Positions 1 to 7,710 of a DNA stretch of 64,000 nt are shown piece by piece. The notes under the pieces are model-generated. The model was not told where the DNA came from and searched no databases. It was given only the letters and a program-made list of their open reading frames with translations. The stretch covers positions 36,204 to 100,203 of the forward strand of contig CANFCG010000002.1 in the NCBI GenBank assembly GCA_947445115.1. The letters are read 5' to 3'. Each line of letters begins with the position of its first letter. Position 1 is the stretch's first letter. This stretch comes from Comamonadaceae bacterium. GTDB taxonomy: Bacteria; Pseudomonadota; Gammaproteobacteria; Burkholderiales; Burkholderiaceae_C. The position numbers and the translations under genes were made by a program.

Positions 1-1176
1 TTAAAAAAATGGATGAAACCCTCCCACGTCTGGCCGACGATGCTCACGCTGGGTATGCGAAGCCACGTGCAATACATGCCCAAGGGGCGCTGCCTCATCA
101 TTGGACCTTTTAACTACCCCGTCAATTTGACGCTTGGCCCGCTGGTCTCCGCTATTGCTGCTGGCAATACCGCCATCCTCAAACCATCGGAACTCACGCC
201 GCATCTGTCGGCGGTGATTTGCAAAGTCGTGCGCGAAGTATTTACCGAAGACGAAGTCGCTATTTTTGAAGGCGAAGCCGATGTGTCGCAAGCACTACTA
301 GAGTTGCCCTTTGACCACATCTTCTTTACGGGAAGCCCCATGATTGGCAAGCTTGTGATGGGCGCTGCCGCCAGACACCTTGCCAGCGTGACGCTGGAGC
401 TTGGCGGCAAAAGCCCGACCATTATTGATGCCAGTGCGAATCTAAAACTCGCCGCTAGCAACATCATGTGGGCGAAGTTTGCCAACTCTGGACAGACCTG
501 CATTGCGCCCGATTACGTCTTCGTGCATGAAAGCGTCAAAGACGCTTGGGTAGTGCTTTGCCAAGCGCAGTTAAAGAAGGCTTACGGTGAAGATTTAGCG
601 GTGCAGCAAAAGAGTCCGCATTTGGCGCACATGGTTAATAGCCGTCATACCGCACGCGTGAAGGGCTTGCTAGACGATGCCGTTGCCAAAGGCGCCAAAG
701 CCTTGACGGGTGGGGGTGTCAGCGAGAACGACTGCTTTATCCAGCCGACGTTATTGGATCAAGTGGCGAGTAACTCACGGGTTATGGACGAGGAAATTTT
801 TGGCCCCTTGCTGCCCATCATGACCTACCGCGATATCAATGACGTGATTGCCCACGTCAATGCAGGTCCCAAGCCGCTGGCGCTGTACATCTACAGCCAA
901 GACTCTGCCAACATCGACAAGGTGCTCACGCAGACAGTGTCGGGCGGTGCTTGCGTGAACCATGCACTCATGCAGTTCCTACATGGCAACCTACCGTTTG
1001 GCGGCGTCAACAACTCTGGCATTGGTAACGCACACGGGCATTACGGCTTCAAAGCCTTCAGCCACGAGCGCGGTGTTGTGCGTACGCAATTTTCTTTTGC
1101 CGCGACTTTGTTTTCGGCGGGCGAAGTACCCAAAATGGTTCGCAAGGCTTTGAAGGCGGCGTTCAAATTTCTTTAA
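1..1176 (+). CDS. Aldehyde dehydrogenase family protein (ALDH3/coniferyl-aldehyde-DH-like), 5' end cut by window edge
   Basis: The frame is open from base 1. ALDH hallmarks ELGGKSP and GQTCIAPDY (catalytic Cys) are present. Stop TAA at 1174-1176. Confidence 0.85.
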   Translation, partial: LKKWMKPSHVWPTMLTLGMRSHVQYMPKGRCLIIGPFNYPVNLTLGPLVSAIAAGNTAILKPSELTPHLSAVICKVVREVFTEDEVAIFEGEADVSQALLELPFDHIFFTGSPMIGKLVMGAAARHLASVTLELGGKSPTIIDASANLKLAASNIMWAKFANSGQTCIAPDYVFVHESVKDAWVVLCQAQLKKAYGEDLAVQQKSPHLAHMVNSRHTARVKGLLDDAVAKGAKALTGGGVSENDCFIQPTLLDQVASNSRVMDEEIFGPLLPIMTYRDINDVIAHVNAGPKPLALYIYSQDSANIDKVLTQTVSGGACVNHALMQFLHGNLPFGGVNNSGIGNAHGHYGFKAFSHERGVVRTQFSFAATLFSAGEVPKMVRKALKAAFKFL

Positions 1177-2729
1177 GTTGCAGGTCCGCGCTTGAGTGAA
1201 ATAAGTTCTTCGCTCCATCGGTCAGCGTTTCCGCCCCATCCACTGCGACCTTCAAAGACTCGTTTGACCGAAATGCCCATCTCTGGACTGATCCAAGTTG
1301 TATCAGTTTCACGGTAGCTCCAAGCGTTGATTCGTTTGTTTTCAACCTTGTACGTTTTATATGTTCCCGCAGGTACGGTCACTGTCTCAATACCAAGCAC
1401 ACGCCCCTCGGATTCCGTCCATCGTTTTTGTCCTGCGCTGGGGCCGCTGCCCAGTGTCATGCTGCTGCGGGCCTTCCATCTTTTACCAAGCTCCAATCCA
1501 TCAACAGGCAGATTGGCGCGGGGCGGATCGTAGGCGTGATTGGTTCCACCATCAATCACGCTTTCAGCATTAATCGTTAATGTGCCGCCGCCTGCAAAAT
1601 AAACCATCCCTTCGGCCACACGAAGGACGTGCGGTTTGCGGCGCAACACCTCTCGCTTGGTGTAATCGTCCGTACGGACGTATTCAAGACTGTCGCCTGC
1701 ACGCAATTTAACGACCGACGAGCTGCGCACTTCAATGCCACTTTTGTCAATAAACGACTTCGTTTTAGCTTCGTTCAACCGCCCAATCATCGCAATGGCT
1801 GATTGCGTGATGTGTCCACTCGGGTACTTTTGTACAAAGGCGTAAAAAGGATCGGCGCTCGTGCTGTCTTTAATTGTGTCCCATTCTGCCTTTTCGATAT
1901 CGAATTGCTTTTCTTTCTCTTCGTCCGTGAGTCGAATGGTTTTTTTGATGCCTGAATTAAAAACAAAATCGTCTTCTAAACTCGTCGTCTCCCACGGAAT
2001 TTGTGCGCCATTGCTGGCTTTTCGTACCGCAAAGCGCACGCGCTTGAACACGTTTTCAATGCTGGCCGTGGGTTTTTGCAACTCCTGCAGCAGATAGCCT
2101 GTGTAGAGGCCATTTTTAGAACCTATTGCACCATCCGCCGCCACATTGCCAGGCGCAGTCGCGTAAGCAAGGAATGTTCCTGTGGGCGCGTCAAGTGGAG
2201 CGAGCCCTTTGCCTGATGACGTTTTACCATCTGCAAAAGGGTTGTCACGGCAAGCGTCCAGAACCACAATATTCATACGATTCCCCGCGTTTTTAAATGC
2301 GTTCATCACCGCTTCAATATCGACGGCTTGTTTGGGTACGTCAGCGGCCGAGTTCAGTTTTGCATCCACAGGCACCATGTAATTGCGCCAATCCAGCTGC
2401 AAACCATGTCCCGCATAAAACAGCAAGCCGATGCCTTGCTTGCCACTCAAATTTCGGCCTGTGCGCTCAATAGCAATCGCTATTTGCTCTTTGCTGGCGT
2501 CCAGTACTTCAATGACGCCAAAACCCAAGTTGCGCAGTGTCGCGGCCATGTCTTTAGCATCGTTAGACGGATTCGCCAACGCCATATTGCCCGGATAGGC
2601 CGAGTTGCCAATAATGAGCGCAATGCGCACGTCGTTTGGGGCTTGGGCTGTGGCAGAGAAGGTCAGTAGACCAGCGGCGCATAGCGCGGTGGCGAGTAGC
2701 TGGTGAGGTAGTTTTTTGAGCAGCATCAT
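1173..2729 (-). CDS. Exported caspase-fold (peptidase C14) protein, tandem paralog 1, with about 200-aa unassigned C-terminal domain
   Basis: Signal peptide ...LLTFSATAQA|PNDVR. Catalytic His in FYAGHGLQ and catalytic Cys in VVLDACRDNPF. ATG at 2729 is preferred over the track's TTG at 2741 because GAGGA lies 5-6 nt upstream. Confidence 0.85.
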   Translation of the reverse strand: MMLLKKLPHQLLATALCAAGLLTFSATAQAPNDVRIALIIGNSAYPGNMALANPSNDAKDMAATLRNLGFGVIEVLDASKEQIAIAIERTGRNLSGKQGIGLLFYAGHGLQLDWRNYMVPVDAKLNSAADVPKQAVDIEAVMNAFKNAGNRMNIVVLDACRDNPFADGKTSSGKGLAPLDAPTGTFLAYATAPGNVAADGAIGSKNGLYTGYLLQELQKPTASIENVFKRVRFAVRKASNGAQIPWETTSLEDDFVFNSGIKKTIRLTDEEKEKQFDIEKAEWDTIKDSTSADPFYAFVQKYPSGHITQSAIAMIGRLNEAKTKSFIDKSGIEVRSSSVVKLRAGDSLEYVRTDDYTKREVLRRKPHVLRVAEGMVYFAGGGTLTINAESVIDGGTNHAYDPPRANLPVDGLELGKRWKARSSMTLGSGPSAGQKRWTESEGRVLGIETVTVPAGTYKTYKVENKRINAWSYRETDTTWISPEMGISVKRVFEGRSGWGGNADRWSEELISLKRGPAT

Positions 2730-2756
2730 TTTTATCCTCAATCGTTTTTTTGCAAC

Positions 2757-4310
2757 CTAAATCCGCGGCCCACGCTTATAGGTCACGAGCTCTTCGTACC
2801 ATCGGTCTGGGTTACTGTTTCCTACGCTACGGCCTTCATATTCAGCCTTCACACGTGTACCCGCTTCAAAATCTGTCCAAATGGTGGATTTTGTCCGAAA
2901 CCCCCAAACATTGATGTCGTTGTGCTCGATTTTGTAGGTTTTAAATGTTCCTGCGGGCACGATAATAGTTTCGTAAGCAAGAACTCTCCCATTTCTTTCG
3001 GCCCACCCTTTTTGTCCCGCTTTTGGTCCTGCACCAGGAATAGTGTTCACGCGGGCCTCCCACTTTTTCCCGACAGATATACCCTCAGCAGGCAAGGCTG
3101 GTAGTGGTGGATCGAAAGTAGAGCCATCACCACCTTTGATAAATTCCCCCGCTGTTGTGAATAGTACGCCGTTCGAAAAAGTCACAATGCCATCTTTGAT
3201 GCTTAAAGTCTCACTTCTGCGTCTAGAGACTGGGTTTTTTGTGTATCCGTCATATCGAATGAATTCACCAACATCGCCCACTCTGAACACTTCGGCATAG
3301 CCATTACGAATAATTTGTCCTGATTTGTCAGCTACTGCAACCGTTTTGGCTTTGTTAAATCTGTCAATAGCCGACATGGCCGATTGCGTTAGCAGTCCAT
3401 TGGGATACTTTTGCACAAAGGCAAAAAACGGATCAGCTGACTTGCTGTCTTTAATTTTGTCCCACTCAGCTTTTTCAATATCAAACTGCTTCTCTTTTTC
3501 GTTTTCAGTCAGCTTGACCACCTTTTTAATGCCTGAGTTGAAGACGAAATCGTCTTCTAAGCTGGTCGTCTCCCACGGGATTTGTGCCCCATCGCTGGCT
3601 TTTCGGACTTGGAAGCGCACCCGCTTAAACACATTTTCAATACTGGCCGATGGCTTTTGTAGCTCTTGGAGCAAGAATCCTGTGTACAGCCCATTTTTCG
3701 ATCCAACTGCGCCGTCTGCCGCCACATTGCCAGGGGCCGTTGCGTAAGCGAGGAACGTACCCGTAGGCGCATCGAGCGGCGCAAGCCCTTTCCCTGTGGA
3801 CGTTTTGCCATCGGCAAACGGGTTGTCGCGGCAAGCGTCCAGCACGACAATGTTCATACGGTTGCCAGCAGATTTAAAAGCACTCATCACCGCTTCAATA
3901 TCCACTGCTTGCTTGGGCACATCGGCTGCCGAGTTCAATTTAGCATCCACGGGCACCATGTAATTGCGCCAATCGAGCTGCAAGCCATGCCCAGCATAGA
4001 ACAGCATGCCAATGCCTTGTTTGCCGCTTAAATCTTTACCTGTGCGTTCGATCGCTTCCATCATCTTGGCACGATCAGAGTCAATCACTTCAATCACACC
4101 AAAGCCCATGTTGCGCAGTGTTGCCGCCATGTCTTTGGCGTCGTTAGATGGATTCGCCAGCGCCATATTGCCAGGGTAGGCCGAGTTACCAATGATGAGC
4201 GCGATACGCACATCATTTGGCGCTTGAGCGTTGGCGCTGAAGGTGAGTAGGCCAGCGGCGCACAAGGCGCTGGCGAGAAGTTGACGGGGTAGTGCTCGGA
4301 TAAGTCGCAT
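2757..4310 (-). CDS. Exported caspase-fold (peptidase C14) protein, tandem paralog 2
   Basis: The N-terminal roughly 290 aa are nearly identical to paralogs 1 and 3 (AQAPNDVRIALIIGNSAYPG..., YAGHG, DACRDNPF). The C-terminal third is diverged. The start overlaps the paralog-3 stop (TAATG at 4308-4312). Confidence 0.88.
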   Translation of the reverse strand: MRLIRALPRQLLASALCAAGLLTFSANAQAPNDVRIALIIGNSAYPGNMALANPSNDAKDMAATLRNMGFGVIEVIDSDRAKMMEAIERTGKDLSGKQGIGMLFYAGHGLQLDWRNYMVPVDAKLNSAADVPKQAVDIEAVMSAFKSAGNRMNIVVLDACRDNPFADGKTSTGKGLAPLDAPTGTFLAYATAPGNVAADGAVGSKNGLYTGFLLQELQKPSASIENVFKRVRFQVRKASDGAQIPWETTSLEDDFVFNSGIKKVVKLTENEKEKQFDIEKAEWDKIKDSKSADPFFAFVQKYPNGLLTQSAMSAIDRFNKAKTVAVADKSGQIIRNGYAEVFRVGDVGEFIRYDGYTKNPVSRRRSETLSIKDGIVTFSNGVLFTTAGEFIKGGDGSTFDPPLPALPAEGISVGKKWEARVNTIPGAGPKAGQKGWAERNGRVLAYETIIVPAGTFKTYKIEHNDINVWGFRTKSTIWTDFEAGTRVKAEYEGRSVGNSNPDRWYEELVTYKRGPRI

Positions 4311-5998
4311 TAGGCACCTCGTGTGATGGTCAAAGCTTCTTCAGTCCAGCGATTCGTTTGACCATTTGGTCTGTGCAGTTCAATTTGCTGCTTAATCGGA
4401 AAGCCAAAATCGGACAGCATCCAATAGGTGCTTTTGACACTTTGCCCCGTACGACTGTTTGAGATGACCTGTATTTTGAATGCCTTAAAAGTACCTGCGG
4501 GCAAGGTGATGGTTTCTAGTGCGAGTACTTGTCCCTCTTCTTCAATCCAATTACCAGCGCTGGCTCTGCGCAGATTTGTATTTTGACCTTGTTGTCTTTG
4601 GATTGTGTTGGGACGTGCATCTAAGTGTGGCCGCATGGGTAACTCGCGGCGTAGCCTCAACGTATTGATGAGTAGCACCGAGGGTGCCTCCGCGTTGCTC
4701 AATCCACCCGTCACAACTCCCACGGGTGTCATGCTGCTGCGTGAGGTCCATTTTTTGCCTACGATCAAACCATCGGCGGGTCGCATAGGGCGCGGAGGAT
4801 CATAAACATTGCCTTGCCCGCGCATGATCTCGCCTCTTGTGGTAAGTATTCCGCCGCCTGCAATGCGTACGACTCCATTGTCAATCGACACAATGCGCGG
4901 GCTTTTGCTTTTTAGCTCTTGTCCCGTGTCGTCTTTGCGTAGCAGTTCGACCGAATCACCGATACGATAAACCGCTTGGTTTACATCATGCCGAATGCCA
5001 CTTTTGTCGGTATAGGCGGTTACTTTTGCGCGGTTCAAGCGGTCAATCACACCCATCGCGCCTTGCGAAAAGAGTCCAGAAGGGTATTTTTGTACAAAGG
5101 CATAAAAATCGCCGACGTTGGTGGAGTCTTTGATTTGCTCCCAATCCACGCTTTCAGTGTCAAACAAAGTGTCTTTTTCTTCTTCGGTCAGTTTGACCAC
5201 CGCCTTAATGCTAGTTTTAGCACCCGCATTAAAAACAAAATCATCCTCTAAGCTGGTTGCTTCCCACGGAATTTGTGCTCCGTTACTGGCCTGCCGCACG
5301 GCAAAACGAACCCGCTTGAATACGTCTTCAATACGTGCGTTGGGTTTTTGTAGTTCTTGCAGCAGATAGCCAGTGTAGAGGCCATTTTTTGAACCTGCTT
5401 CGCCGTCTCCAGCAACGTTTCCTGGCGCTGTGGCATAGGCTAAGAATGTGCCCGTTGGCGCATCCTGCGGCGCTAAACCTTTGCCAGATGCGGTCTTGCT
5501 ATTGGGGTCACTAGAAAAGGGGTTGTCGCGGCACGCGTCTAGCACCACGATGTTCATGCGGTTGCCTGCCGATTTAAAGGCGTTCATCACGACTTCAATA
5601 TCGACGGTGTGGGCGGGCACATCTTTTGCGGAACTCAGCTTTGCATCCACTGGCACCATGTAGTTGCGCCAATCGAGCTGCAGGCCATGTCCAGCATAAA
5701 ACAGCATGCCTACACCGCGCTTTCCTTGCAGGTTTTTTCCTGCTTTGGCAATGGCATCCGTCATACTGGCTTTGTCGGCATTGGTCACCTCAATGACGCT
5801 AAAACCCATGTTGCGCAAAGTTGCGGCCATGTCTTTAGCATCGTTCGCAGGATTCGCCAGTGCCATGTCACCAGGGTAGGCCGAGTTACCAATGATGAGC
5901 GCAACGCGCACGTCGTTTGGCGCTTGAGCTGTGGCGCTGAAGGTGAGCAAGCCAGCAGCGCAAAGCGCGATGCAGAGCAATTGGCGCGGCAATTTCAT
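4310..5998 (-). CDS. Exported caspase-fold (peptidase C14) protein, tandem paralog 3, with Arg-rich insertion in the C-terminal domain
   Basis: Same signal peptide and YAGHG/DACRDNPF dyad. AAGAGG ribosome-binding site before ATG 5998. Carries about 55 extra residues relative to paralogs 1 and 2. Confidence 0.88.
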   Translation of the reverse strand: MKLPRQLLCIALCAAGLLTFSATAQAPNDVRVALIIGNSAYPGDMALANPANDAKDMAATLRNMGFSVIEVTNADKASMTDAIAKAGKNLQGKRGVGMLFYAGHGLQLDWRNYMVPVDAKLSSAKDVPAHTVDIEVVMNAFKSAGNRMNIVVLDACRDNPFSSDPNSKTASGKGLAPQDAPTGTFLAYATAPGNVAGDGEAGSKNGLYTGYLLQELQKPNARIEDVFKRVRFAVRQASNGAQIPWEATSLEDDFVFNAGAKTSIKAVVKLTEEEKDTLFDTESVDWEQIKDSTNVGDFYAFVQKYPSGLFSQGAMGVIDRLNRAKVTAYTDKSGIRHDVNQAVYRIGDSVELLRKDDTGQELKSKSPRIVSIDNGVVRIAGGGILTTRGEIMRGQGNVYDPPRPMRPADGLIVGKKWTSRSSMTPVGVVTGGLSNAEAPSVLLINTLRLRRELPMRPHLDARPNTIQRQQGQNTNLRRASAGNWIEEEGQVLALETITLPAGTFKAFKIQVISNSRTGQSVKSTYWMLSDFGFPIKQQIELHRPNGQTNRWTEEALTITRGA

Positions 5999-6012
5999 TT
6001 CAACCTCTTGAT

Positions 6013-7692
6013 TTAGGGTGTTAGTGTGGTCGTAAAGAGTTGTTGAGGCGAACGGTGGTTAAAGCTCGTGGCTGAAGGCATCAGCTGTCCAGCCCTGTAG
6101 TCGGCCGACCAAGTCCCCCATCGCGCATTCAACGTCGTAATCGCCGGATTTCGATAATTAAAAGTGGCGACGACAATTTCTTGATTGTGCTCGGCGCCAG
6201 CTTTCACTTGCCACTCTATCGTGCCGATGCCTAATGCTCCAAATTGAATATCAGCCTGACCTTGGAGACCCACTCTAAGTGGTAATTTCCAAAGCGCGCC
6301 GTTTTTTAATGTCACAATTTGCTCCGCAAAAAGAACTGCTAATACGCGTCCATCTGAGGCGATTTTGTCGCCCGTGCTCATCAGCGTGTACGCCTCTGTC
6401 TTTTCTGCGACTGTGACTTGAAGCTCAGATTTTTTATTGAATATTCGGTCAACCATCTGTAGCGTTCCGATGCTTTGACCTTGCGCCAGATTTGTCATGT
6501 TGACCGCTGCTTTGACGATTGCATTGGCGGCTGCGTTTGATGGGGGCGTAGCCATTGCAATGAATGGCGTAGCTCTTGCCGCCGCCAATGCCAACTCTAG
6601 CGAGGCAGCTTTTTCACGCGCCTTTGCAAGCTCTAATTCTTTGGCTGAGTCTTTTGCTGAAGTCTGCCGATCTTCTTGTGCTCTTGCGGCGGCTCTGTCT
6701 TCGCGCTCTTTAGCGGCGGCCAACTCTCTAGTCACTTCACGTAGCCTCGCCTTAGCCAATCCCACAAAAGAACCATTTGGGAATTGCTCGATATACGCCT
6801 CTAGTTCAAACGGGCGATTGCTGCTTTTGATGCTGTCCCAATACGAGAGTTCCACTGCCATCGTGTTCGGGGCCGCTTGCATCACTTGAATGGGCTGCGG
6901 CGCTGGCGTGGGTGTGAGGGCTGCCATCACAACAGGAGGACTTTTTTTGAAGTAAAAGTTACCCTCGAGTGCTGTGTTTTCCCAAGGCGTTTGCTGGTTG
7001 GCGCTGTCTTTGCGCACGTTGGCACGTACACGCTTAAAGACTTCTTCAATCGGTATATCGGACATTCGCATGACAGCAGCTAAGTGCTGGGTGTAAAGCC
7101 CGTTATTGCCCGCGCCATCGGATGCCACCGAGCCCGGCGCTGTGGAGTACGCCACTAGCGAGCCACTTGGCGCGCTCATGGTGGCAAGACCTGCTGTGCT
7201 AGAGCGCGAGCCTTTGGCAAAGGGGTTATCGCGGCAAGCATCCAAGATGAGCAAGTTGATCCGGTTTTTGGCGGTTTCCATCTTCTCGAGGATGGATTGC
7301 GCATCGACCGAATCAAACGCTACTTCGTCTTCAGCGCGAATGTCCGCATCGACCGGCACGAGATAGTTTGCGCCTTTGACTTGCACGCCGTGCCCTGCAA
7401 AATAAAACAACCCTACGCCACCCGCCTGCTTGAGCCGTTCGCCAAAGTCACGCACCAAGCGCTGCATTTCGCGCCTAGTGGCGTTCTCGGCCTTGAGGAC
7501 GGTAAAGCCTGCTTCGGTCAGCGATGATTCCATCAAGCGCACATCGTTGACCGGGTTTTTGAGTGGTGACGACTTGTAATTGCCATTGCCAATCAAAAGC
7601 GCCAAGCGGCTCTCGCCTTGAACCTGTGCGTGCGACGCAAGCGCCGTGCATGCCAGGGTTGCAATTAATAAGAGTATTCGTAGGAGATGCAT
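6013..7692 (-). CDS. Exported caspase-fold (peptidase C14) protein with charged coiled-coil linker and a distinct C-terminal domain
   Basis: Signal peptide MHLLRILLLIATLACTALASHAQ. Dyad FYFAGHGVQ and LILDACRDNPFA. A/E/K/R-rich helix AAKEREDRAAARAQEDRQ...ELELAKAREKAASLELALAAA. The C-terminal roughly 180 aa are unrelated to paralogs 1-3. Confidence 0.85.
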   Translation of the reverse strand: MHLLRILLLIATLACTALASHAQVQGESRLALLIGNGNYKSSPLKNPVNDVRLMESSLTEAGFTVLKAENATRREMQRLVRDFGERLKQAGGVGLFYFAGHGVQVKGANYLVPVDADIRAEDEVAFDSVDAQSILEKMETAKNRINLLILDACRDNPFAKGSRSSTAGLATMSAPSGSLVAYSTAPGSVASDGAGNNGLYTQHLAAVMRMSDIPIEEVFKRVRANVRKDSANQQTPWENTALEGNFYFKKSPPVVMAALTPTPAPQPIQVMQAAPNTMAVELSYWDSIKSSNRPFELEAYIEQFPNGSFVGLAKARLREVTRELAAAKEREDRAAARAQEDRQTSAKDSAKELELAKAREKAASLELALAAARATPFIAMATPPSNAAANAIVKAAVNMTNLAQGQSIGTLQMVDRIFNKKSELQVTVAEKTEAYTLMSTGDKIASDGRVLAVLFAEQIVTLKNGALWKLPLRVGLQGQADIQFGALGIGTIEWQVKAGAEHNQEIVVATFNYRNPAITTLNARWGTWSADYRAGQLMPSATSFNHRSPQQLFTTTLTP

Positions 7693-7710
7693 AACGGCAT
7701 TATTTCAGGT

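Noticed and set aside
7676-7686. ATTCGTAGGAG, a 10-of-11 match to the right half of the locus palindrome, at the start of the fourth caspase gene
   Set aside because: It is only one half-site with no matching left arm, and it lies within the first codons (MHLLRIL). It is most likely chance or an incidental remnant.
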